Shown: positions 9,337-17,717 of the stretch, one piece after another | How the letters are laid out: each line of letters opens with the position of its first letter | Numbering within the stretch: position 1 is the first letter of the stretch | DNA from: a virus | Taxonomy: Duplodnaviria; Heunggongvirae; Uroviricota; Caudoviricetes | Virus record (IMG/VR): IMGVR_UViG_3300037461_000469 | Location: 93,752 to 157,751 of that record | Direction: 5' to 3' (one strand) | DNA length: 64,000 nt | The notes under the pieces: generated by a model | Databases searched by the model: none | What the model saw: only the letters and a program-made list of their open reading frames with translations | What the model was told of the DNA's origin: nothing | Made by a program: the position numbers and the translations under genes

Positions 9337-9701
9337 CCGTGGATGGTTCTCATTCCTACATCGACTTTTTCAGTCTTCATCTTTCCACAGTCTTCGCACA
9401 CAAGACTTGAAACACCTTCCATCGCCCCGATAGTGCTGTGCAGTTCGTGGAATAGCCTGTTATCATCTTTCTTAACGGCATTAAACTGAACGTCAAAGTA
9501 AATTCGGAGCAGACCGAATTTTTCCTTGATTTGGGCAAACTGAATGGCTTCTACTTCCTGATTGCGTACTTTGCCTTCGAAGTAGTGGCACACTAGGTCA
9601 ATCAGTTCAAGCCAACCACTACCACACTCAATTCCTACCCCTTTTGGGAATAGTTTTTGGTGGCTTTTAATCAGTTTTTCGGCTCTTGTCGATTTTTTCA
9701 T
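9279..9701 (-). CDS. Conserved phage protein with C-terminal Zn ribbon
   Basis: CGSGW...QIKEKFGLLRIY...CEDCG...GWKSTLC pattern. Confidence 0.65.
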   Translation of the reverse strand: MKKSTRAEKLIKSHQKLFPKGVGIECGSGWLELIDLVCHYFEGKVRNQEVEAIQFAQIKEKFGLLRIYFDVQFNAVKKDDNRLFHELHSTIGAMEGVSSLVCEDCGKMKTEKVDVGMRTIHGWKSTLCNKCYIKRQERVK

Positions 9702-9852
9702 GGTTCACATCGTATCCGCACCAAGTGCAAATCCCTGATGCGACATTCGGCGCATAGTTTTCCATTCCACATTTCGGGCAACGCACCATATAGAGTTTGC
9801 CCTCTTTTTCTACCCAAAAGGTTCCTTTGGGTACAGTCGTAGGTTTTTCCAT
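9667..9852 (-). CDS. Small Zn-ribbon protein
   Basis: CPKCG...CTWCG; promoter motif at 9859-9869. Confidence 0.6.
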   Translation of the reverse strand: MEKPTTVPKGTFWVEKEGKLYMVRCPKCGMENYAPNVASGICTWCGYDVNHEKIDKSRKTD

Positions 9853-9896
9853 ACTTATATTATACCACAGTTTGTAACGAAAAATGATAAATAAAT

Positions 9897-10376
9897 GTGA
9901 TGAGATTTAAACATATTGATATTCAAGCCAACGACCGCATACACATGACAGATGAGCCTCAATTGACCTTTAAGAACAGGAGCATTGACGATAATTCGAT
10001 GAGCGGAGTCGGCAAACCCGCTGGCCTTTGGTATGCGATGGGTCGGGCATGGTTGGAGTGGATGGAAAGTGAAGGAATGAATTGGTGGAAGAAGTACCTT
10101 TATAAAATTGAGATAAATCCAGAAAAAGTTCTACTTTTGGATACCCGATTTGATGTGGAACTGTTCTCTCATAACTATACTCATGTCCCCAAACAATCTT
10201 TTTTGAATCAGATAAATTGGGGGGCTGTTGCCAAAGAATATTCAGGAATTGAATTTAATCCTTATTTTTATGATTTGAGATTGAAGGCTGGCTTTAGTTT
10301 CTATTACGGTATCGATATTCCGTCAGGTTGTATTTGGGATAAATCAGGTATCAAGAATATCACTAGATTGAACTAG
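9897..10376 (+). CDS. Conserved phage protein (KPxGLW family); only credible plus-strand gene
   Basis: GKPAGLWY...INWGAVAKEYSGIE; ATAAATA at 9887-9893 on plus strand; stop abuts 10377..10811 tail to tail. Confidence 0.7.
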   Translation: MMRFKHIDIQANDRIHMTDEPQLTFKNRSIDDNSMSGVGKPAGLWYAMGRAWLEWMESEGMNWWKKYLYKIEINPEKVLLLDTRFDVELFSHNYTHVPKQSFLNQINWGAVAKEYSGIEFNPYFYDLRLKAGFSFYYGIDIPSGCIWDKSGIKNITRLN

Positions 10377-10811
10377 TTACATCTTTTGCCAACGCCGCAA
10401 GAGCGACTTGTTGAACAGGTACATCCTTGTGTTGCTACCTTCATCGCCGCCCTTGACAGTCGTGAAGTACTGCTTCTCAGCAATTATCTGTTTCAGCACC
10501 TTGACGGGTGTGATGTAGTAATCACCGTACATCTTGTGAACCCAATACTTTGCAGTCGTGGTTGTGATGCCTGACGGCTTGCCCCAACTTTCGTACTCAA
10601 TTCCGAAGTTCCCCGTCTGTTCGGAGAGCATATCGTTCTTGACTTCGAAGGTAACAGGTAAGTCCTTAAAGGTTCCGCTGATGTCGTATTCCTTGATTTT
10701 GTGGGTTTTGAGGTCTGTGATTCCGACAAACATCTTCTTAATCTTATCAAGGACTTCGGGAGCCGCAGCCTCAGAGACGGCTAAATCCTGTTTAAAATTG
10801 TAGTTGCCCAT
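10377..10811 (-). CDS. PD-(D/E)xK-like nuclease-fold protein
   Basis: YDI...FEVKND...TGNFGIEYESWGKPSGI.TT.AKYW. Confidence 0.6.
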   Translation of the reverse strand: MGNYNFKQDLAVSEAAAPEVLDKIKKMFVGITDLKTHKIKEYDISGTFKDLPVTFEVKNDMLSEQTGNFGIEYESWGKPSGITTTTAKYWVHKMYGDYYITPVKVLKQIIAEKQYFTTVKGGDEGSNTRMYLFNKSLLRRWQKM

Positions 10812-11049
10812 CTTTTAATGTGTAGTGAAAGTTTTTCGGAGTGATAACCAAATCCACGTATTTGAATGATATCAACATTGCAAGAATATCAGAAACAGTC
10901 TGATTCCAATATCCCGTTTTATCGTCTTTGACAAAGTGTATTTCTTTTCCCACTTTGCGGTGTAGATAAGTCAAGAGTTGTTTATCCGATACATTTGGGT
11001 GTTTCTTGATGTAGTCAATAATGATGTTTGTAAGTTTTTTGTTGCCCAA
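10792..11049 (-). CDS. Small hypothetical protein (possible winged helix)
   Basis: 85 aa ORF in operon. Confidence 0.5.
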   Translation of the reverse strand: MGNKKLTNIIIDYIKKHPNVSDKQLLTYLHRKVGKEIHFVKDDKTGYWNQTVSDILAMLISFKYVDLVITPKNFHYTLKDGQLQF

Positions 11050-11376
11050 TTATTCCTCTTCCTCTATTTCTCGGACACGGTACTCGGACATATCCGACTT
11101 AGGCCAATATTTATGATAACCCTCTTGTTGGTTGATTCGTTGCCGATGGGCTTTCCGTGCGCTAGGCAAGTCCGAATATTTTCTCTCTTCCACCCATTCA
11201 TTCTTTCGGATTCTTTCTATTTGCTCTTGATGATATTTTATATCTTTGGCCTGAGTTTTTGCTGACATTCTCCGCTCCAAAAGATATCGTTTTTTCTTTT
11301 TTCTATGGGAAGTCAGCGGCGCAATTTCAGGTGCGGGAAGAAATTTCTTATCCTTGTACTGTTTGCCTTTTGCCAT
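11050..11376 (-). CDS. Basic hypothetical protein
   Basis: 108 aa ORF with GGAG RBS. Confidence 0.55.
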   Translation of the reverse strand: MAKGKQYKDKKFLPAPEIAPLTSHRKKKKRYLLERRMSAKTQAKDIKYHQEQIERIRKNEWVEERKYSDLPSARKAHRQRINQQEGYHKYWPKSDMSEYRVREIEEEE

Positions 11377-11388
11377 TTTTCACTACTC

Positions 11389-11934
11389 CTATTTTGGTAT
11401 TCCGTGCAGGGTCTCCCATAATTGAACCTTGTCTTTGAGTTCGGGATACCTTCTTTTGATGTATTTTGGGATATCGGGCATTGTTTTCAGAACATCCCCA
11501 AAGGCTTTCAAAATATAATTGATGCCTTCTTTTTTGAGAATATTATCGACTCCTGCCTGTGTTTCGATAAGTATGCTTTGCGGGGGGGCGGCATAGCGGA
11601 TGTAGAAAAAAGTTTCCATCGAATCAACTGAAATCTTCTTATGGAAGTCGTACAAATAAAAGGCAGGGGCATCTTGGAGACAATCTTGTTTTATTTCGTG
11701 TACGATATCGGGTAGTTTATCTACAAATTTTTCCAAAGGGTCAATAGTTGTTTTCAATCTTTGGGTAACACAACTTAATGCGGCCTTCTTCATCATAAAT
11801 TTACCTGTTTCCTCTAGGGAAATATAAAAATGTAAAAGAGTTGGTCCAGATGCCTTTTTAATTCTTTTGTCGTTAATGGCAGTTATCAATAAATCAACTA
11901 CGTTTACAGGAAATTCGTGAAGAAGTTTTGTCAT
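11389..11934 (-). CDS. Hypothetical protein
   Basis: 181 aa ORF, ATGA-coupled. Confidence 0.55.
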   Translation of the reverse strand: MTKLLHEFPVNVVDLLITAINDKRIKKASGPTLLHFYISLEETGKFMMKKAALSCVTQRLKTTIDPLEKFVDKLPDIVHEIKQDCLQDAPAFYLYDFHKKISVDSMETFFYIRYAAPPQSILIETQAGVDNILKKEGINYILKAFGDVLKTMPDIPKYIKRRYPELKDKVQLWETLHGIPK

Positions 11935-12281
11935 TCAATCGTGATTTTTTCCAACACCGCTTGGTATGATTTTCCAATTGGGGTCGGTTGATAGGCCTTC
12001 ACCAACTTAATAGGCTTGTCTAAGACAAAGGCCATTCCAAAGTCGAAGTGAGAACCCGAACTTGATGCATCGAAAAAGACGTGGACTTCATCACACTCCA
12101 GCATCGCCTTGCGGTGATGGGCGCAGATATTCACGCCGCCTGTGGGGTCAACTTGGTTCACGTTCTTGTAAGAGTGAACAGAAAATCCCTCTTCTTCTTT
12201 CTGCTTGATGTAATCATCAATTTCCTTGCGTTGCGTTTCACTAATGATTCTAACGGGGCAGATGATAAATATTTTTTTCAT
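11931..12281 (-). CDS. Nucleoside 2-deoxyribosyltransferase-like protein
   Basis: KIFIICPVR...AMLECDEVHVFFD..SSGSHFDFGMAFVLDKPI. Confidence 0.6.
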   Translation of the reverse strand: MKKIFIICPVRIISETQRKEIDDYIKQKEEEGFSVHSYKNVNQVDPTGGVNICAHHRKAMLECDEVHVFFDASSSGSHFDFGMAFVLDKPIKLVKAYQPTPIGKSYQAVLEKITIE

Positions 12282-12565
12282 TCTTTTCCCCTCACCATTT
12301 TCGTCATTTGTGCTTGGCCGGGGATAACCTTTCTGAAATTACCGTCCATTAAATCTTCGTAAGTCAATTCATCCCAACCATCGATGATGATTTCATTTTC
12401 ACAATCGTTACAACGAAATCGGGTAACATTTTTTCTTGGGCCAGCATTAGCAAACAAAACCTTGCAATGAGGACATTGATAGCCCGTGTAGGTGATTGTG
12501 GTCTGTAGATTGGCAAATTTCATTTTTGCTCTTTTTGCTATTTTGACTTTCTTTTTAGAAACCAT
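12278..12565 (-). CDS. Zn-ribbon protein
   Basis: CPHC...CNDC; promoter motif at 12583-12593. Confidence 0.6.
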   Translation of the reverse strand: MVSKKKVKIAKRAKMKFANLQTTITYTGYQCPHCKVLFANAGPRKNVTRFRCNDCENEIIIDGWDELTYEDLMDGNFRKVIPGQAQMTKMVRGKE

Positions 12566-12588
12566 TCTTTGCTCCTACTTTAATTATA

Positions 12589-13146
12589 TCACACCTTGCT
12601 ATTCTTTTCGGCGTTGCAAGTTCTGCAAAGCAGTTGCGTGTTGCCGTAGGTCAGGCCTGGGTCGCCAGGTTTGGACTTTGCGACAGGTACAATGTGGTCG
12701 AGTTCGAAACGTCTTTCGTCTGTGAAAGGTTTGTTACAAATTTTACACTTACGGTTTTGGTTTTCCAAAATTTGAATCACTTGGTCAGGGGTGATATCGT
12801 TAATTAAGTCTCTTTCACGCTTGCGCCTACGAGCAGTTTTTAGATTGAGAACAATTCTACCTCGTTCGGTGTGAGCGTATTTTCGTTGGTAAGATTTGTT
12901 TTGTTCTTTGTAGTCAGGACGTTGGCGGTAATCTTTGTTGTAGTCTTTGACGTACTCTTTGTGTTCAGGGTGGGAAGCCATCCATTTGTCGTGGGTGGCT
13001 TTAACCTTTTTCCAATTTCGTTTTTGAGTTTCTACCGACCTTTTATTATTACATTTTTTACAGTCGTAAGTATATCCTCTAGATTGATAATCACTTTTGT
13101 AAAATTCTGTTTCGGGTAAATCTTGTCCACAAATATAACATTTCAT
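12589..13146 (-). CDS. HNH endonuclease with N-terminal Zn finger
   Basis: CYICG...CKKC N-terminus; CKIC...ELDHIVP...NTQLLCRTCNAEK. Confidence 0.85.
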   Translation of the reverse strand: MKCYICGQDLPETEFYKSDYQSRGYTYDCKKCNNKRSVETQKRNWKKVKATHDKWMASHPEHKEYVKDYNKDYRQRPDYKEQNKSYQRKYAHTERGRIVLNLKTARRRKRERDLINDITPDQVIQILENQNRKCKICNKPFTDERRFELDHIVPVAKSKPGDPGLTYGNTQLLCRTCNAEKNSKV

Positions 13147-13204
13147 TTTATCTCTCCTTTAATTATATCACACTTTGAAAGAAAAGTACTACTGTGTTAG
13201 GGGT

Positions 13205-13237
13205 AAAAAAAGAAGGGGTCTTGCGACCCCTTCCCTC
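13205..13237 (-). terminator. Intrinsic terminator after major capsid gene
   Basis: Minus strand GAAGGGGTC-GCAA-GACCCCTTC followed by T run. Confidence 0.9.
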
Positions 13238-13251
13238 TTATCTTACTCTAA

Positions 13252-14616
13252 TTACAGAGCAGAGTTGCGAACGCTTACCACCGCGTAATATTTTTCTGTG
13301 TCCAAAAGTTGCGTTACGATGGCGTAACGGCTACCCAACGAGAGTAGTGGGTGGAAGTCATGTGGCGAGATGGTCTTCATCATCATCACTGGGATGTATG
13401 GGCAATAGAGGATACCTGAGTCGAAACTCTTCTTTCCCTTGTAACCCATCAAGATGTAACCAACCTCTTTGTCTACGTTGTTTGCAGGTGCTTCCCAATA
13501 CAGGTCAAGGTAAACCTTAACCTTACCGGATTCGATTGTACCCAAGTACACAACGCCTTCACCGCCCTCGTAAGGCTCGAAGCCATCGACAGGCTGAACT
13601 GCGCTGTAGTCAAAGGCCTTGATTGCTGACAAGATTGAAGCAACTTCCGAAGACACAACCATCCAATTTGCACGTCCTCTACGAGTCTGATGACCGATGT
13701 AGTTCAATGCTTTGACGATTGCGTGATAGAGAGTCTTGTACTTTTCTTCCTGCCAACGACCATCCGTTGAAGCCAAGTCCCAAGTGAACAAGCCATTGGT
13801 TGTACCAAGATTGTATGCGGCCAAAATCAACTCACGGTCAATCTCTGCCTGAATCTGGTACGAGAGGAAGTCAACAATTTCCTGTTCAAGATTCAACGAG
13901 TGAACCTTCTTGATGTCGTCAACTGCTTCCTGCGACCAATTTGCTTTCAACTTACGAGTGCGAGCCTCGATAAGTCTGTTGATAATTTTGAGCGAACCTT
14001 CCGAATAAGGATACACACCGCCTGTACCATCAGGTGCGTTACCGTAGGTAGCACCAGGGGTCTGCAAGATATCCGAAAGCAATTCACCGCGGTCATTTCT
14101 CAAACCGAAACCGCCTGTGTTGGCAGTTGCATCGTCTACGGCACTCTCGTAGGTTGCGTTGTTCCAATCACCCGAATAGACAGGGTTCAAATTGGTCGAA
14201 CCTGGGATGTATGCCTGAGAGTCAGCGGTTGTGGTGTACACACGCCCTGTTACGGGGTCTGTCCACGTTACGGTTGTGTCATAAACCCAACGAAGGGTAA
14301 ATGCCATACCGACTGGGCCTTCCATCGCCTGAACGCCAAAGATTTCATTGGCAATCAGTTGTGGCATGATACGGCGAACCATAGGAATCATCAACTTTGG
14401 GAACTTGTCGATGTCGCTTCCCGGTGTAGGCGAAGTGCCTGGTCCGAAGCCGTAGCCTGAAATGGTGCTTTCACGAAGGGAAGTTCGCATCTCGCCTTCT
14501 TGGTTTTCAAGAACGATTGCGGTCATGTCTCTGGTTTCGTCATTTTTAATTCCCTTCAATAGACGAGACCATTTTTCACGAAGTCTCTTTAACTTCTGTT
14601 CTCCTGTTCCGTACAT
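13252..14616 (-). CDS. Major capsid protein, T4 gp23-like
   Basis: IPMVRRIMPQLIANEIFGVQAMEGPVG, ARTRKLKANWSQE, EIDRE, RRGRAN, GYKG, YCPYIP, SRY motifs; strong terminator. Confidence 0.97.
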   Translation of the reverse strand: MYGTGEQKLKRLREKWSRLLKGIKNDETRDMTAIVLENQEGEMRTSLRESTISGYGFGPGTSPTPGSDIDKFPKLMIPMVRRIMPQLIANEIFGVQAMEGPVGMAFTLRWVYDTTVTWTDPVTGRVYTTTADSQAYIPGSTNLNPVYSGDWNNATYESAVDDATANTGGFGLRNDRGELLSDILQTPGATYGNAPDGTGGVYPYSEGSLKIINRLIEARTRKLKANWSQEAVDDIKKVHSLNLEQEIVDFLSYQIQAEIDRELILAAYNLGTTNGLFTWDLASTDGRWQEEKYKTLYHAIVKALNYIGHQTRRGRANWMVVSSEVASILSAIKAFDYSAVQPVDGFEPYEGGEGVVYLGTIESGKVKVYLDLYWEAPANNVDKEVGYILMGYKGKKSFDSGILYCPYIPVMMMKTISPHDFHPLLSLGSRYAIVTQLLDTEKYYAVVSVRNSAL

Positions 14617-14634
14617 ATGTTAGCCTCCTTTAGA

Positions 14635-15549
14635 CTAAACGCCCGCTTTTTCGGCCCATTCTTCTAACTCACGGGAGAAGGACGTTGATTCCCCCATTAG
14701 CCGTGTACCCTTTCGTAAAATTCCCGTCTCGTTCATGGGTTTCACGCCGCCGACATTTTCTCGGACAAAGGAGCGTTGTACGGGTTTCTCTCTTTCTTTT
14801 GTTTCTTTCATAGAGATAAACTTTTCTATTTCGTTCTTTCCTTCTTCATATCCTACTTTTTCGTAGTATTTATAAAAGTGTTCTTTCTCTTGTGCATCTA
14901 ATGTGGAGTTTTCTAAGAGTAATGTAATATCAGTACCCTGTCTCTCTTTAATGATTTCTTCTTCCAAACGCTTTTTATTTTTTACATTTTCAGTTAATTC
15001 TTTTTCTAATAATGAAACTCGTTCTTTAAGTTTCTTGATTTCTGTAGATTCAATCTCCACCAAGGCCTTTGCCAACAGGTCTTTGTAATTACCGAAGACG
15101 TTGCCGATATCGCTAATCTTCTTGATGTCAGCCCCCATGTCTAGCGGGAGGATTTTCTCGTTAATTTTGTTCACAGCCTCGTCCAACTTGGTAATCTTCT
15201 TTTCGAACAGATTGAGTTTCTCCGTCAAAGGCTTCGTGATGGCTTCCTCAATATTCGGAAGGTTGGGAACCTTGATGGCTTCAATCTGTTTCGTCTTTTC
15301 GTCAATCGTCTTTTCGAAGTGGTCTTTGAACTGCTTTGCTTCTTCTAGTGCGCCGACCAATTCGTAATTGCGCTTGGAATATTCATCCAATTTCGCCTGA
15401 ATAGGAGCAACGGCTTCTGCAATTGCCTCTGATTTCTGAAGTTCGAAGGTAGTAACAAAAAGTTGTACTTGGTCATCGCTGATTTCAATTCCGGCTTTCT
15501 CAAATAGAGATTTTATCTTTTCGAGTTTCTCGGTTGATTTCTTCTTCAT
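14635..15549 (-). CDS. Prohead core scaffold protein, gp22-like
   Basis: Coiled-coil, Glu/Lys-rich, directly upstream of MCP; late motif at 15570-15576. Confidence 0.7.
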   Translation of the reverse strand: MKKKSTEKLEKIKSLFEKAGIEISDDQVQLFVTTFELQKSEAIAEAVAPIQAKLDEYSKRNYELVGALEEAKQFKDHFEKTIDEKTKQIEAIKVPNLPNIEEAITKPLTEKLNLFEKKITKLDEAVNKINEKILPLDMGADIKKISDIGNVFGNYKDLLAKALVEIESTEIKKLKERVSLLEKELTENVKNKKRLEEEIIKERQGTDITLLLENSTLDAQEKEHFYKYYEKVGYEEGKNEIEKFISMKETKEREKPVQRSFVRENVGGVKPMNETGILRKGTRLMGESTSFSRELEEWAEKAGV

Positions 15550-15640
15550 TTAGTATGCTCCTCAATCATTATTTATGATTTTTTCCATTTTCGAATAGAA
15601 AAATGTTGTTAAAGTGCAAATTTGTATTTTACTCCTAAGT

Positions 15641-16180
15641 TTATGAACCCATATCAAGTTTAAAAACGCCAGGGTGTGCTTCGGATTCTCTAGCCCCTTC
15701 TAAATATAAATCACCTATATCGTGGCCCCAAGTGGGATATTTTTCAGGGTCGGCATAAATTTCTTTGTACTTTTCCCTGACGGCATCCAAGAATTGCTGT
15801 TTGGTAAACCCACCAAAATTTCTGAGAACGAACGGAACAGGGGATTCAAGGGGGTAGTCAAAATAGACAACCATATAATCATAGTTCACCATCTGCTCAT
15901 CCTTTGGACTATATTCCTTGTTTAGTTTGGCATTACTAGCAATCTTATCGTTGAAATCCCAAGTGCGTTTTTTAAACCCCTTGCGTGTATCGTCTATAGT
16001 CTGATACTCCTTCAAGAATTGTTTCTCTTCAGGAGTTGCGTATTTTTCAACGTCCTCGGCATGAACCCCCTTGATTTTTCCTTTGTTCGCAGAGGCGTAG
16101 AAGACTTCTTCGCCTTTTTCTTTGCCGTAAGTCTTCCGCATTTTTTTTAAAATTTTAGTCCCTTTTTTAGTTAACGGCAT
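15641..16180 (-). CDS. Mosaic hypothetical protein with KYAT motif
   Basis: N-terminal MPLTKKG..ILKKMRKTYG.EKGEEVFYAS module, then EDVEKYATPEEKQFLKE. Confidence 0.6.
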   Translation of the reverse strand: MPLTKKGTKILKKMRKTYGKEKGEEVFYASANKGKIKGVHAEDVEKYATPEEKQFLKEYQTIDDTRKGFKKRTWDFNDKIASNAKLNKEYSPKDEQMVNYDYMVVYFDYPLESPVPFVLRNFGGFTKQQFLDAVREKYKEIYADPEKYPTWGHDIGDLYLEGARESEAHPGVFKLDMGS

Positions 16181-16542
16181 TTGACTTTTCCCTCCAATTT
16201 CTGTCCACGCTTGATTTCGGCTGCCGAATACTTCATGGCTCCGAATTTACGCAACAGGTAGGCGATGGCCTTGTCGCTGTTAAGTTTCTCGTTGCAGGCG
16301 AAAAGGTCTAGACCAACGTACTTCTGTTCAGGCCAAGTGCGAATCCCGTAGTAACTGTCGGTGATAATGACAGCCCCCGCAACCCCCATTTCCCCGAACT
16401 TGTGAAAGAGGGACGTTATGATTTCCGCTCCCGCTTCGATTGCGGCTTCCTTCATCACGTTCTCGACAAATACGACATCGCTAATACGGTCTATCTCACA
16501 GCCGTACAGTTCGACAAGAAAGTGTTTGCCTAGGTAGTCCAT
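16171..16542 (-). CDS. speD: S-adenosylmethionine decarboxylase-like proenzyme with divergent active site
   Basis: LGKHFLVELYGC...FHKF...GV.G.VII.DS...TWPE...LDLFAC matches the pyruvoyl AdoMetDC pattern. Confidence 0.8.
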   Translation of the reverse strand: MDYLGKHFLVELYGCEIDRISDVVFVENVMKEAAIEAGAEIITSLFHKFGEMGVAGAVIITDSYYGIRTWPEQKYVGLDLFACNEKLNSDKAIAYLLRKFGAMKYSAAEIKRGQKLEGKVKCR

Positions 16543-17042
16543 TATTTCCTTTTTGCTCTATTTCTAAGTGCTAAAATTTTACTATCTATAACATCCTTAT
16601 CATTGTTTAATTTTTCTATTTTTTTATTTAAAATCCTTCGTTCCTTTTCTAATTCTTTTAATTTAATTGCAGCATCGGCACCACTCATCGAATGAATTTT
16701 TAATTTATCTTTTGGAATATTATAGGTGATTATTACTTGGGTAGTGCCTTCTTTTCCTGGTTTAATAGAAACAAAATTAGGATTTCCTTCATCATTAAGC
16801 ATATCTAATATCTCATCCTGCTCAGTACTCCAACCAGCATATGCAGTAATTACAACTTGGTTTCCAACTTGTTTAACACTTTTTAAATAATACTGACCAG
16901 AACCATAAGAATCATCAAAGTCCCCACGTTGTTTCCCAATTGCAATTAATAATTCTCTTTCTGTTGGGCCGATTGACTTTTCTAATAATTTCTTCTCATT
17001 TCCCGTCCCGTACTTCTGAATATCTTCCCGTGTTAGTTTCAT
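16542..17042 (-). CDS. Hypothetical protein with N-terminal KYGT motif
   Basis: MKLTREDIQKYGTGNEKKLLE; AT-rich body. Confidence 0.6.
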   Translation of the reverse strand: MKLTREDIQKYGTGNEKKLLEKSIGPTERELLIAIGKQRGDFDDSYGSGQYYLKSVKQVGNQVVITAYAGWSTEQDEILDMLNDEGNPNFVSIKPGKEGTTQVIITYNIPKDKLKIHSMSGADAAIKLKELEKERRILNKKIEKLNNDKDVIDSKILALRNRAKRK

Positions 17043-17045
17043 GTT

Positions 17046-17687
17046 TTACTCCTTAAACAAAATCTCGCTCAACGAAACCAAATCGCCTGAGTTGAGAGTG
17101 GGTTCGATTTTCTCGGCAATTTTTTTCTCTTCAGGCTTGTGGATGGCCTCAGCCTGTTTCGATTGGGATACGAACATCCCGATGGACGGTTCGGAAACTA
17201 GGTCGAATGAAGCAATCGAAAAATCCGAAACCTCGTTTACCATCTCCTTCTCCCCCGTCTCTTCGTTCACGATTTCCTTTTCGGCAATCTCGCCTAGGCC
17301 TCTAGAAGAAAGGCCGATAACCACACCTTCCCTCATCAGGTCAGCCGCAATCTTTCCCATTGGGGTACTCTCTAGGATTCTTGCCTTGCCGATGACTTCA
17401 CCTTTCTCGTTGATTTTCAGGGGTTGCTCTACGATAAAGGCGGCGTTTCGGAGATTAACAGAGGCATCTTCTGGGTGGTCAAGTTCGCCCAAAGCCCTGC
17501 GCTTTTCGATGAAATTCGAATTGTAATCTTTAACCGCTTTCTCCATGACGGCAAGTGGATAAAGTCTTCCGTTAAGATTCTTCTTGCCGGCCAAACCGAA
17601 AATACCTTCAAAGCAAACAGAGTTGTTTTTCTTGTCAACAACGGGCTTAATCTCGGATACCGTTTCCATCAAAACTTGTTTAGACAT
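17046..17687 (-). CDS. Prohead protease, T4 gp21-like
   Basis: NLNGRLYP...ALGELDHP...GLSSRGLG...FDLVSEPS; late motif at 17708-17714. Confidence 0.95.
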   Translation of the reverse strand: MSKQVLMETVSEIKPVVDKKNNSVCFEGIFGLAGKKNLNGRLYPLAVMEKAVKDYNSNFIEKRRALGELDHPEDASVNLRNAAFIVEQPLKINEKGEVIGKARILESTPMGKIAADLMREGVVIGLSSRGLGEIAEKEIVNEETGEKEMVNEVSDFSIASFDLVSEPSIGMFVSQSKQAEAIHKPEEKKIAEKIEPTLNSGDLVSLSEILFKE

Positions 17688-17707
17688 CTGCTAATCTCCT
17701 CCACGCC

Positions 17708-17714
17708 TATTTAT
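17708..17714 (-). promoter_or_regulatory. T4-type late promoter motif ATAAATA (representative site)
   Basis: Same heptamer just upstream of genes at 843, 3225, 6750, 15570, 19477, 23530, 25479, 26017, 29611, 32505, 38075, 39535, 40460, 41101, 43984, 57346, 58394, 63417 (minus) and 9887 (plus); close to T4 TATAAATA. Confidence 0.8.
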
Positions 17715-17717
17715 TGT

